This document shows positions 36,963 through 50,235 of a DNA stretch of 64,000 nt, in pieces. The position numbers and the translations under genes are program-made. Within the stretch, counting starts at the first letter, position 1; the number at the start of each line of letters is the position of its first letter. The notes beneath the pieces were generated by a model that did not search any database, was not told the DNA's origin, and worked only from the letters and a program-made list of their open reading frames with translations. The stretch comes from Octopus vulgaris (lineage: Eukaryota): the NCBI GenBank assembly GCA_951406725.2, contig OX597816.1:48236001-48300000 (forward strand), in the 5' to 3' direction.

Positions 36963-38819
36963 CATGTGCATGTGTGCATCTTTGTGTTGTATTTGCTTAC
37001 ATTCTTATAACTTAGTGGTTCAACAAAAAAAAAAATCAATAGATTAAGTACCAGACATTAAATAAGTTCGGGGTCAATTTGATTGACCACTCTCGTCATG
37101 AGTGAAATTGGTATATGAATAGAAAAATTAAAATGTACTCGCACTACAAGTGTATATTGAAATTCACTTGTTTTACATAATCATTTGCTTATCCAGTATA
37201 TTCTTATGAGCTTTTTTCTTTTTTTTTCTTTTTTTAAATTTAATTTTTTTTCTTACTTTTTTATTGCTGGAGCATCGCCTTTAGTCATGCAAATCGACCC
37301 CAGGACTTATTCTTTGTAAGCTTAGTACTTATTCTGTCGGTCTCTTTTGCCGAACCGCTAAGTTACGGGGACATAAACACACCAGCATCAGTCGTCAAGC
37401 GATGTTGTTTGAGGGGGGGGGGGGACAAACACAAACACACAAACATATACACACACATACATACATAATTTCAGGCCTTGTACCTAGAATAGTAAATAAA
37501 AATTAATTTTTTTTAAAATAAGTACCAGTCGAGTACTGGGGTTGATGTGATAGACTTACCCCCACCCCAGAAATTGCTGCCAAAATTTGGAACCAATATT
37601 ATGTTTGAAAGAAGGTGATGAGCTGGCAGAATTGTTAGTATGCTGGGCAAAATACTTAGCAACACTTCGTCTGTCTTTACATTCTGATTTCAAATTCTGC
37701 CGAGGTCAATTTTGTCTCTCATCCTTTTGGGTTTGATAAAATATATACCAGTTGAGCACTGGGGTCAGTTTAATCAACTTAGCCCCTTCTCCGAAATTGC
37801 TGGCCTTGTGCCAAAAGTTGGAACAAATATTGAGTTGACAGCAAAGGCAGTGGCATGGCAGGATTGTTAGTGCACCAGACAAAATAAGCGGCTGTATTTC
37901 TTTTGGCTTTATGTTCTGAGTTCACATACTACCAAGGTTGATGTTACCTTTCATCATTTTGGTTCCTGGGGTTTATGTAGTTAATTAGTTCTCTCCCCCA
38001 AATTTTCAGACCATGTGCCTATAGTAGAAAGTTTCCTACGGCGGTTTTCGGTTATTCTACCTTAAGCTTTCTCTTAGGTTATATTATTTTATTTGGCTTT
38101 TCTCTGAGTAAGGGAGAATATAATGATTCATCGTCACTTATACTAAAGTGTTATCATCATACCTAAAACCCTAACTACAGTTATAACGTCATAGAGACAT
38201 ATACGCATGAAACGCTATGAATATTAACGACATGTATGTTAAATATTTTCTTTGTGTCCTTTAAACCGCTATAAGAAAACATAAATTAAGGATTACAGAA
38301 ATGCATACTTATTTATGCTCAGTTGAAAAACAAACGTGAAGAGAAACATTTTCTTTTAATTAGTTTTATTATATAAATATAACATTTTATATTATTTACA
38401 GTAGGAAAGATAACTTCGTCGTGAAGAAGAACGACTATAATTTCATTAACTAATTTCTCAATTCTAGCTAATACATTAACCAACAAATCAAAATAGATTT
38501 GTGATTAACTCTAGACATGGCATGAAAATTACCGATGTCTCAAAAGAGTGAGTGTCGTGGAGTTCAGTGACATCCAACAAACACTGAAATTTTCCCCAAA
38601 ATCCAGGGTTTTTATAACTGCTCAACTTGACTAAAAAGAATCGAAATCCATGAGAAATATTCTTTACGAAACTTTTAGAATCTTTATATGAGCAGTTATA
38701 TTAACCAATGGAAAAAAACGAAAATGATAATTCTTCGAAAATACGACATTACGTCATATTGCCAATTCGCGCCACATTTCAAAGTGGCTAAAATGGTTAT
38801 TGCTACAAAAGGACTGTTA

Positions 38820-39198
38820 TTATTACCTCCACTTTAGCGAAGGCAGTGTCTTTGTTTTCAGTCGTGTCTGTTTGTTTGTTTGTTTGTCTGTCCATGGACA
38901 AGATAGCCCAAGAACCACTGGATGCATTCGGATGAAACTTTCAGGGATGTTTACTCTCGTGACTGGCACAAATTAATTAAATTTTGGGATTGATCTGGTA
39001 CCAGAAAAAGATACTAGATTATTTTTTCTGTTCTTTTTACTTAATTTTTGAGAACAGTTGGGTTCATTTTTAGTATTCTCGTTTGTGAGGGCAGTCAGGT
39101 TTATTTCAGATATTCTCATTTTAAAAATGATCTCCAGCTAATCGTTGAGAGGACGATGGTGTTACCTTGGTGGTGTTACCTCTCTGAGTGATCTTATT
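38820..39198 (+). mobile_element. Helentron-associated non-autonomous element (HINE/DINE-1-like)
   Basis: 5' TTATTACCTCC..., (GTTT)n/GTCT microsatellite, 3' CCTTGGTGG...CTCTCTGAGTG hairpin, T-rich ends. Confidence 0.6.
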
Positions 39199-41189
39199 CT
39201 TATTTATTTCTTTATTGCCCACAAGGGGCTAAACATAGAGGGTACAAACACAGACAGACAAAGGGTTTAAGTCGATTACATCGACCCCAGTGTGTAACTG
39301 GTACTTATTTAATTGACCCCGAAAGGATGAAAGGCAAAGTCGACCTTGGCAGAATTTGAACTCACACCGCTAGCCATTTCGTCTGGTATGTTAGCATACC
39401 AGGCGAAATGGCTAGTGGTGTTTCGCCTGGTATGCTAACATTTCTGCCAGCTTGCCGTCTTAAAGCTCGCCATCTTGTTATTATTATTATTTAAGTGGTG
39501 AACTGGTAGAATTGTTAGCGCGTTGATAAATTAAGTACTAGTTGAGTACTGGAGTTGATGTAATCGACATAAACCCCTTGCCACAAATTTCAGGCCTTGC
39601 GCCTATAGGAGGGAGAAAGGATTATTATAATTAATATTAATAATGATAATAATAATCATAATTGGGCAGCAGGCTGGCAGAATTGTTACCATGTCAGACA
39701 AAATGCTTTGCAGTATTTATACGTTCTGAATTCAAATTCCATGAAGGTAAACTTTTACCTTCATCCTTTTGGGGTTGATATAAATACCAGTCAAGCACTG
39801 GGGTTCATATAACCAATTAGCCCCCCCCCCCCCAAAAAAAAACAAAAAAACTTCAGGTCTTCTACCTATAGTAGAAAGACAATATTAATTTTAAGGTAAA
39901 CATGGTGTTGAGTACTTTTAATGATTTCAATGTTCTGGTTTCAGATCTTGATTGGTCCATTTTGCACATTTCATTCTTCCAGACCCCAACAAAAACAGCA
40001 AAAAAAAAAATCCTCCAAATAAACAAAAGCAAAACAACAACAACTGTATTTATAATCTTATACTACAGTTGGTTATTTCAATTGTCTATATTTCCTCCTC
40101 TGCAAAGCTTGGTCTTGCGAATCGTTGCACTAAGTTGTTTCTTTGAAGTTGTTGTTGTTGTCCATATGTTTAATTTAGAATACATTAGATTAACTTCCTT
40201 TATCTTTTTGCATTGTCTATAGTAATGCTATATTTAACAGTTAGAATTATTATTATTATTTTTGTGTGTGTGTTTGCTCGTTGTCTTCTCTGTTATGTAT
40301 GATAAAGCAGAAATTATGCTGGTACCTTCCCTTGTTAATTATTAAGATCTTAATAGAATCGAAGTTTGGTTCTCCAACTTCTTCCTAGGTAGACTAGTTA
40401 CATATTTCCCAAGACAATAGCTTGCTTGCTTTGTTTCACAGCACCACACACAGCCTCATTAATTTCTTTTTTTTTTCATTCCTTCTAATTGCATCATGTA
40501 TAATCTGGTAGGCATCTATTTCTTTCTCTTTCCCTTTATGCTTCTTTATTTCTTCCTCATAACAGTCACTCATTCCCTGACTGTTCTTTTTTTTTTTTTT
40601 TCCTTCTGTATGAATTCATTGGCTCTTTATCCCAAATGAATTGTCTATGAATAAGTGATCCAAGTATAATATCGGTAATGCACAAGAATATGAACAATAA
40701 TATATAGAATCTAAAAACTTCACTTTCCCATTAATCTTCAAAGTAAAGAGCTCTTTTATACATTCACTTCAGAGTTCTATAAGTGAGTTTTAAAGGGAGT
40801 TTTTATATCCAATACTCAACCTTCTTTTGTTCAAACCTAGATATTTAGAATCATACACTTTGATTTGAATACACAAATGGACATGTATTCATCACACACA
40901 CACACACACACACACACAAAACCCACACAATGCACGTGTGTGTATGTGTGTGCTCTATACATATGTGTGCATGCATGCATGCATGTGTGTGTTGTGTATG
41001 CATAAGTATGTGTGTATATGTACCTGTATGTATGTGAGTATGTGTATCTTTGTGTAGATATCTGTATATAATTATACTGATGATGATATATTCATATGCC
41101 ATCATCATCATCATCATCATCATCATCGTCATCATCAATATAATTTTACTATCACTTTTCCATACCTACATGGGTTTGATAAATCTTCT

Positions 41190-41350
41190 CTCCTTGTGAT
41201 TTGCGATTCTATGTCTTCTTTGTAAGGTTCAGCAACCTGAAATCAGTTTCCACCACTTCTTCCCATGTCCTACTTGCTCCTCTTCTTCGGCATGTTCCCT
41301 CCACTTAGACTCCCAGGCACTTCTTTATCTCTCTGTCATTTCCCCATATG
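41190..41350 (-). mobile_element. RTE-type LINE 3' fragment
   Basis: Minus strand reads VEGTCRRRGASRTWEEVVETDFRLLNL (VEG.R.RGRP.KTW.EVV..D motif), followed by an (ATG)n tail. Confidence 0.55.
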
Positions 41351-41493
41351 CATTTTATAGGTGCAGGCATGGGTGTGTAGTTAAGAAGCTTGCTTTACAA
41401 CAACCTTGAGCACTGTAGGGAATTGGGTACTGCAAATGAGATTGCATTCATGCAGTGCTGCATATGTCTTTTTAGCACACGAGTATATGCTTG

Positions 41494-41925
41494 CTGGTGC
41501 CATGTAAAAAGCACTGGTGATGGTGCCACATAAAAGGCACTGGTGCTGGTGCCATGTAAAAAGCAGTGGTGCTGGTGCCATGTAAAAAGCATTAGTGCTG
41601 GTGCCACATAAAAAGCACTGGTGCTGGGGCCATATAATAAGCAGTGGTACTGGTGTCATGTAAAAAGCAGTAGTGCTGGTGCCATGTTAAAAGCAGTGGT
41701 GATGGTTCCACATAAAAAAAGCACTGGGGATGGTGCCGCATAAAAAGCACCCAGTACACTCAGTGGAGTGGTTGGTTTTAGGAAGGACATCCCGCTGTAG
41801 AAATAAAGCCAAAACAGACTATGGAATCTGGTGTGGTGCCTGGCCTGGCCTGGCCAGTTCCTGTCAAGCTGTATAATCCATGCCAGCATGGAACACAGAC
41901 GTTAATTGTTGATGATGATGATGAT
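41494..41925 (+). mobile_element. SINE family C body with an expanded ~21-bp minisatellite and (GAT)n tail
   Basis: About 11-12 units of AAAAGCACTGGTGCTGGTGCCAYRT at 41494-41750, then AAGCACCCAGTACACTC...GTGGTTGG...CATGCCAGCATGGAA...GATGATGAT; related arrays at ~52005-52230 and ~24780-24940(-). Confidence 0.75.
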
Positions 41926-42779
41926 CAGCATCATCCTGATTGTTTTTATGCTTAGCCTACACTTCACCAATTGGAAGAGAGTTCAAAGGTCTTGTTCCAA
42001 TATTTGCTACAACCATTTAAGATTCGTGCCTATGGTCTTCTTCACCTGCGTTAATGTCCTTGGTTTCCATGCCTGTCTTGGCGCTCTTGTTTGCCAAGCA
42101 AGGTATTTTTGTTTCTCTTTTGTTTTTATGCATTCTAGAATTATGAGCTATATTGTTTATGACAAAGGATGTCACTGCTTTTGTTTGCATAGTGACAATA
42201 TAAAGGCATCTAATTACTTAAACACTCACATATACACGTGTGTGTTTGTGCACATGTTTACTTATATACATGTGTGTGTGTGTGCACATGTTTACTTATA
42301 TATATATATGTGCATGTGTATGTGTTTGACAAGCTACTATGCCGTTTCCATCTACCAAATTTTATTGTTGAAACAATGGTTGACTTGAGGCGATAGAATG
42401 AGACACTTAAAACAAACTTCTTAATGAAACAATTCTTTCAGTCACTTCCAGACGTTGCAGACAACTGAATTAATTTAGTTGAAAAAAAATATAATAAAAA
42501 AATAGAAGAAAACTTCGAAGCACATATTTTTGACATGTTAATGGATACCACACAGAACAAGTATACATTCTCTTTTTTTGTTGATTGCCCTAACAACATT
42601 GGAAAGTCTTTTATTTTTTATTCAAACCCTTATTGAAGATGTGGAAGCATGTTGGGATCAATCAGTTATTTTCATAGTATCTCTAACTGTATTGTCTCGT
42701 GAAAGTGATCCTTCTACTTGTCTTTCCATATTCCTATTTTCATTGACAAGGATTCTCTTTGCTGTATTGATGTCAGCAG

Positions 42780-43060
42780 CAAGCTGAGCATAAATAATTT
42801 GATGCTGGTTTCATATTTTGGGAAGAAGCACCATAAACACTAGTGTATATGTATGATGCTTGGTGATCACACAGCTTATAATCTTTTGGAGGAGGATTTA
42901 TCTTTTAAATGGTAAGATCATTGTGTTTCCAGGTGATTTGCAGCTAATACTTCTTATCTTAAAGACATTTGGTAGAGATGTTCTCATGGACATAGTTAAG
43001 ATCCATTCTTCATTTTGGCTGAGATTGATGGAACTGAATCTTACCATGAATGTAAAGTTA
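42780..43060 (+). pseudogene. Helitron PIF1-like helicase fossil
   Basis: ORF 42860-43099 has NGKIIVFPGDLQLILLI...KIHSSFW....LNLTMNVK, resembling the PIF1 motif FGGK.....GDFRQILPV...IKSS.LW.....L.LT.NMR. Confidence 0.6.
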
Positions 43061-45309
43061 CATAATTTGAGAATAGTGGTAATTATGCTGATTTTCTGAT
43101 TTGTGTGGTGAAAAGAGGAAACAGAAGGATTCTAATGGCAAGATTGATCTTCCAAATAGAATTGGGCTGTTGAATACATATGGAGTGATAAATCAAATTA
43201 AGGGAAGCTCATTGGATCCTTCAAACTGCAGAATTAGCAACACTATCTCCTACCCAACAATGTTGTTCCTTTTGTAAATGAGTTAATTATTAACAATTTG
43301 AAGGAGAATTAGTTACAAAAGGCATTGACTCTGTAATGAAGCAAACTCTCTGTACACTTATGTGATAGAGTTCCTAAACAGCTGTTACATTAGTGTGCCT
43401 CTCCTATGCATTGAATTGTGCTACTGCAATATATGAGACTTATTGGTTTTGTAGTGGAACAAAGGTTTAGATAGCACATTTGTAGAAATACATGAGTGAA
43501 TGTTGGAGATGAATACAATACAAAAATGTATTGTGTCAAAAGTCAAAGCAAGGCATTCAGACACCACTGTCATTCATCCTTATACAATTATAGCTTCTAT
43601 TTTACATTACTTTTACAAAGAAAACCTCAGTGTCCATTATTGTGTAATGTAGTTTTGTCCTTCCTTGATGTTCTCAAATGTTAAATATTAGCAAGTCCCT
43701 TACTTTCAGTTTCTCTCCTTACTATGCATAACTAATGTCTAACTTTTCTTTTTGCTGGCAGATGTTATTCCTTACTCCTTCTTACCATTCAATCTTACCT
43801 GTCCTGTCTCTTTGTTATTGCTCTATATAATGTACCATTCTATCATCATCATGCCTTCCATCTTAGTGATACCATGCTTCATTCACAGATCTGATCTGTG
43901 ACTTGCAAGAGATTGCCTCATAGAAACTTCCAGTTATTTTCTATATTATAAATCTCTAGCTCTTTCTCTTTACCATCATATGTATTGACTAGTGATTCAT
44001 TGAACTTAGATCTGGTTGAGTGAATTTTCAGCTTCCGTACCTTCATACTCTAGGTTGTCTTGTGTCTCTGAGACTATCTAACTCTTATCCTCTTTAGATT
44101 TCTTATCCTGCTTTCTGCTAATTGTGTAATTGAGGTGGTTTTTATGTTTGCCTAACTGAAAGAAGATCACGTGACTGGTTGGTTTCCTAAAATTACTGTT
44201 GCAATTGGTTTGGTCATTTCTGACAGAATGCAAAAGCCTTGATCCTCCTATTTCCTTGTGCTATATCCATAGCTTCCTATTATACCAGAATAACTGTCAT
44301 AATATTGCTAGACACATTCATCAAAGGCACCAGCTCTGGTAACAAGGTTATTGTCATTTGTTATCAAGGTAGTCTCTAAGGAGGCATTGTCTAAAAATTT
44401 GCCATTGTTTGAAATGTATGTTGTCAACAGTAACAATTTTACATAACAAAAGCTAATTAGAAATTGAATAAAATCTTAATTTTTTAAAAAATTTACTTTA
44501 CTTGCTTTTCAGTTAAGATAAAGTAAAAACAAAGATAAAGAAGAAAATTAAAAGAAGGCAAGAATTTGGAATGGCTTCTAGTTAAATTAGAAGAAAGAAA
44601 AACAATGACAAAAAGTAGAAAAACATGATATTCTGTATTTTACTTGATTTTGAAATTTTATATTTTGAAGTAAACAGAATATAAAATGACATTTCTCTAG
44701 ATTCTTTTTTTCCTCTTTAATATTTCGAATTTATCAGTTTCGGTTTTGTGCCGAATTTAGCTGCTTGTTTTTCATATATTGAGAATATTAGAGCATGAGA
44801 TTGTAAAGGCACGAAGGATTGTTTGTTGAGGAGAAAATACGAATGATATAATGATAATGATTTAGTTTATGAAATGTGAAATGATATGAATGATAGGTGA
44901 TGAGGTGAGGAAGACAGAGAGAGAGAGAGAGGGGGGGAGTATGATGACTGTGTGGAATGGTGTAGTTGTTGCTGTTTGTGTTCATGAAGATGATAATAAT
45001 TATGGCATAATACTACTGATGTAGTTCTTTATTAGTGGTGAGGACGATGATACTGAGTTATAAAAATGACATGTTACACATACATGCGCTCATACACACA
45101 CACATGTGTCTGCAAAAATGTAACAAATGTGCTTGTAGAAATATGTTTGTGCTTGTGTGTGCTTGCATATGTGTGTGTATGCATAAGTTTTACCAAATGA
45201 GTTAGGAAATACATTTGCATGAAACTCTAGGCCTTCAACTCATGGTTTTTCAGATGATGATGTGATGATGATAGTAATAATAATAATAATAATGAGGTGT
45301 GCATATGCA

Positions 45310-45353
<44 letters not shown>

Positions 45354-46685
45354 CATGCATCCATACATACATATATACATAAACAATCTCTATTTTATGT
45401 GTTAAGCTTTGTTGCCCTACATGTGTAAAACTAAGCACTATATATATATATATATATATATATATGAACATAAGTGTAGACATGCATAAAAGAGAGAGAA
45501 AGAGAGAGAAAAGGGGGAGAGTACTCAATACTGAAATTAGAGTGATATAATTTATTAGAACCTGAAACTTCACAAATTGTTTCTCCTGTTGCTGATCTGC
45601 ATAAGATTCTGAAAAATAGAACATGAAATTTTGTAGATAATAAGCATATCGTAAAAACATGCTTGAACATTAAAGTAAATGCTGGTTGATGGCATGGAAT
45701 AATAGAAGAATATTATTGGATAACAATTTAATTTTTGTTTGAAAACAAAGTGGAGAGGTAATTTAATGTGGTTGAGGTAAACATAAATTATTCAAAGCAA
45801 TGTGGAAAGCAGTAGAATGTATATATGTGTATAAGAAGCAAAATGTATGTGGAAGAATACAAAATAAAAAAAAAAAACCCAAAAAACCCAATATGTTGTC
45901 AATTGCTTGTGTATAAAAAAAATTGTGCAAGGAAAATAGCTCTTGGCAGTCATGTGTCTGTAGGAGTACATAAAAGTGAAGAAAATGTAAAAAAAAAAAA
46001 ATAAATAAATAAAATGTTATTCCAGTCTTTGTGAATTTTACTGCTTTAATCAGATATTTGAAGGCATGTAATTGTGAAGTAGGAATTTCAATCATGCCTG
46101 TTGAAAGCTAACATTTCTGAGCATTCATTCAAATCATTATCACTTTAAAATAATATTAATTTCTCATTTATACATAGCTTTCAGCATAAATTTGAATGAA
46201 AATAAACACGTGTATTAAATCTTGAATGTCACCATCCTGTTTCTTTCAAAACCAAGTACATTTGGGGTAGGCTTGTGGGAAATTTTCTTCAAAAGAAAAG
46301 TGTATAAAAATATGGATTAAAATCAAACTTTAAAGCAATTCTCAATCAGGTTAAACAAATCCTGGGTGAAAAAGATGGAGGTAAATTGTTTAATGTTTCT
46401 ATGGTATACAACAATAAGACCTGAATTCTGCAAAATTATTGGAATCTGTATTTTGGAATCTACAAAAGATTTCTTACCTCACAAGGTTGGTTTATACAGA
46501 GATGATGGTCTTATGTTCTCATTTAAGAAGAGTACTCAACTGCCAAGTAGATTCATGATTATTCAGAAAAACAGACTTAAAAACTACAGTTGATACTAGT
46601 CTTAGCATAGCTAATTTTACGTACTTGCCTTTAAATTTGGGGTTGGAAAATTTTACACTTACCCAAAAACTAATGAATTACTATT

Positions 46686-47218
46686 CAGTCAATGCGTATC
46701 ACTTAGGTTTTCGAGAGGGGATGACCTCCCTTTGTGAATATCATAAGGGCACTGAATTGTGTCTAAAGCCAGCTGGAGATGATGATCTCCTGGGGCTAAA
46801 AAGCTACAGTAACACCCACCCCCTAGTGGTTAGCCATATTGAGATGGCTAGTATACTTTACGTTGTTGAGCGCTTACTGTTTACATCTTGCTCAGAGATT
46901 TATTATTGCTTTCAGGCCGTTCTTCGAAATCAGTGACAGTGGTTACTGGGAAAAACATTAAATAAATATCTGCAAACAGGTCTCTCCTCATTGAAAACCG
47001 GTGATTAGCGTATGTTGACAAGAGACAATAATCTCGAAACTGCAGTCCATGCGTATCACTTAGGTTTTCGAGAGGGAATGACCTCCCTTTGCGAATATCA
47101 TAAGGGCACTGAATTGTGTCTAAAGCCAGCTGGAGACGATGATCTCTTGGGGCTAAAAAGCTACAGTAACACCCACCCCTAGTGGTTAGCCATATTGAGA
47201 TGGCTAGTATACTTTACA
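46686..47218 (+). mobile_element. Retrozyme-like element, 1.5 units of a 357-nt monomer, 15-bp TSD
   Basis: Direct repeats 46686-46861 and 47043-47217 (about 6 differences); TSD TAATGAATTACTATT at 46671-46685 and 47219-47233. Confidence 0.9.
46993..47069 (+). ncRNA. Type I hammerhead ribozyme, U3-A8 core variant
   Basis: Helix I GAAAACC-G-GTGAT-TA-GCGTATG / CATGCGT-ATCAC-TTA-GGTTTTC; core TTGACAA 47015-21; helix II GAGA-caataa-TCTC; GAAA 47036-39; helix III AC-TGCA-GT; predicted cleavage after GTC (47047). Confidence 0.82.
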
Positions 47219-47403
47219 TAATGAATTACTATTTTATATAAATGAGTTGAATCTAACCATTATTCTAAGGAATTTTATCCATAACATTCATGAAAGTACA
47301 TCTACCTTATCTACAGATAAAACTGAATTGATAATGAAGCAATTAGCTTTACAGATAAAATACAATACACATTTTCTTGTGTAAAAATAGGACAAAGACA
47401 TAT

Positions 47404-47803
47404 TCTATTATATATAAAAGTGAAGTTGTGTGTCTGTCTCCTACGATTTAGATTCCTAACTACTCCCACATTTTGCGGTGCAGTTTAACCAAAACCGGGT
47501 ATCTTATAGTCGTGATTCATATCGAGCCCTTCTGGGTATTAGCGCATATCTACGATGAGTCTACAATTTTAAAAGAATTTTACAATCATTGTTTTCCATT
47601 TTAATGCATTTTTTTCGCTGTTATATAAGGTAAGTAAGTCTCTAAAAATGTCTACGATGAGTCAACGATTTAAAAAAAAATTTACCATAATTTTTTTCCC
47701 ATTTTTAATGCATTTTTTTGCTATTTTTTGGCTATAACTCTCTAAAAATGCTTATATAGTTATTTCCCTTACAAACCCGAGCAACGCCGGGCGATACTGC
47801 TAG
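47404..47803 (+). mobile_element. Non-autonomous Helitron-like element
   Basis: 5' TCTATTATATATAAAAG; 3' hairpin CCCGAGCAACGCCGGG followed by CTAG at 47800-47803; internal ~100-bp tandem duplication (TCTACGATGAGTC... x2). Confidence 0.75.
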
Positions 47804-48810
47804 TTCTATTATACAATTTTTAGTTTAAATTCACTCATATTAGCAGAAACTTCTTAAACTTAATTGCTTTACCCATTTCCATTGAACCACATATACCATA
47901 GGCTTTTTAATAGAAATACAACTAATGTAAGATAGTCTAGTTGTAAAATGTTTTCTAGTTCTATTAATCCATTCACTTCCAGAATGGGTTTCTTTCAGTT
48001 TCTGCCTACCAAATTCACTAATGAGGCTTTGTCATTATTTGATAGACAGAGAGAGGGGTGTAGCAGTTTCTGAAATGGCATGATATTGAACTGAGGGCTT
48101 ATGATTTGCACATCCTTTTGTGTTCTACTGAGTTTATATCTTACTAAGATCAGCTCTGCTTGTAGTCATAGTACTGCTAACTGTCAGTCTTTGATAGTAT
48201 GCACCATGCATTCACTAATTGTTTTAGGCTTTAGTTGTGAGCTGGCATAGACACATTCTTAGGTCCCTTGTCCTTGATCCCTCATTCAGCAGAACATCCA
48301 ACATGTGAAAGCAGCAGGAAGATGAGAGCTGTGCCAACACATGTCGGAGTAGAGTGGAGCAACGTAAAATGAAGTGACTTGCTCAAGAACACAATGTATT
48401 ACTTGGTCCAAGAACCAAACCCAGAACCTTATAAGACAAACATCCTAACCAGTGTGCTACACATTTTTGAGCCCCATGGTATCCACTCAAGTATAAAATA
48501 AACACTTGACTTAATTCAACACTCATTCTCCTCTTTCTCCATAATATACAGACATTGAGACTTAAACACGTCATTATTAGTAAAATAATTGGTATAAAAA
48601 AATCAAAAGAGATACTTCAAAGAGAAATATCGTCAGTATTTTTCTTACCTTAACTAAAGAACTTTTGAGTAAATTTGATCAGAGAAATATAAATCTCTGT
48701 AAGGTACTTGTTTTCTATTACTTCATATTACCTTATACATTGAAGGTTCCTAAAGGCTGTTCCACTTCTGAAGTAGTCTCAAGACATCACATTCTTGCTG
48801 CTGCTACTAC

Positions 48811-49061
48811 TGTGTGTGTGTGTGTATGTGTGTGTGTGTGCATATATATATATATATGTAGTTATATATACATATATATATGTAGTTATCTATACATATA
48901 TGAATATATATGAATATATGTGTGTGTGTGTATATATATATGTATATATATGTGTGTTGTATATATTCATATATATATATATGTAATTATCTATACATAT
49001 ATGAATATATATGAATATATGTGTGTGTATATATATATGTATATATGTATGTGTATATATA

Positions 49062-49110
<49 letters not shown>

Positions 49111-49575
49111 CTCTATATATAAATATGTATGTATGTATGTACATATTTATGTATATATATAGGCGCAGGAGTGGCTGTGTGGTAGCTTGCTGACCAACCA
49201 CATGGTTCTGGGTTCAGTCCCACTGTGTCGCACCTTGGGCAAGTGTCTCCTGCTATAGTGTCGAGCTGACGAAAGCCTTGTGAGTGGACTTGGTAGACAG
49301 AAAGAAGCTTATCGTATATATATGTATGTATGTATATGTGTGTGTGAGTGTGTGTGTTTCCCCCCAACATCGCATGACAACTGATGTTGATGTGTTTATG
49401 TCCCCGTAACTTAGCATTTCAGCAAAAGAGACCGGTAGAATAAATACCTGGCTTACAAAGAATATGTCTTGGGGTCAATTTGACTAAAGGTAGTGCTCCA
49501 GCCTTCAAAGAAACAAATAAAAGTATAAAAGAATACATATGTGTATATAAATATGTGTATATATATATGTGTGTG

Positions 49576-49644
<69 letters not shown>

Positions 49645-49960
49645 ATGTATGTGTATATATATATGTATATGTATATATGTGTGTATATACAGATATATAT
49701 GTATATATATGTGTGCATATATAGATATATATGTATATATAAATGAGTATATATGTATATATATGTGTGTGTATATATATATATATGAATATATATATAT
49801 ATATATGTTTGTGTGTGTATGTATGTATAATATATATATGTGTGTGTGTGTATGTATATGTGTGAATGTATATATACGTGTTTGTGTATACATGTGTGTA
49901 TGTATATATATATATATATATGTGTGTGTTTCTATATATATATGTGTGTGTGTGTATATG
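48811..49960. repeat. Long compound (TA)n/(TG)n microsatellite field containing a SINE A copy (49161-49530, +)
   Basis: Seen directly. Confidence 0.9.
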
Positions 49961-50235
49961 TAGTAAATATGTATTTTTTTATATATCCTCTGATGCGTGA
50001 TTCTTCTCAGTAATTTTCATTCTGCTGTGTATGTTTTCTTTAGATGATTCTTCTTTCTCTCAGCATTATTCAATGACCTTTGGGAGGTCTGTGATGAAAA
50101 GTGTATCCTCAGTTGTTAACCCAGGGGAATCTGTTGTGCCCCAGTGGTTACTGAATTTACGTAAAAGTGTGCATGTGTGCAGTTGTGTGTGTGTGTAGTT
50201 GTTTGTGTATGTGTTGTGCATGTATCCATCATTAA

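Larger units (their letters stand above)
46366..47950 (+). pseudogene. Penelope-like retroelement RT fossil, interrupted by two insertions
   Basis: GLYRDDGL (PLE RT catalytic motif) in ORF 46366-46593; YPKTNELLF|YIN..ESNH across the 46686-47218 insertion; HFPLNHIYHRLFNRNTTNV at ~47874-47930 (cf. PLE HFP.NHKLHKIFNRNTVK). Confidence 0.8.

Noticed and set aside
41494-41750. CRISPR-like array
   Set aside because: Contiguous tandem units without unique spacers, eukaryotic context, no cas genes
46686-47218. TRIM/LTR interpretation of the ~175-bp direct repeats
   Set aside because: No TG...CA termini, no evident PBS/PPT, and the TSD is 15 bp rather than 4-6 bp; a hammerhead sits at the unit junction
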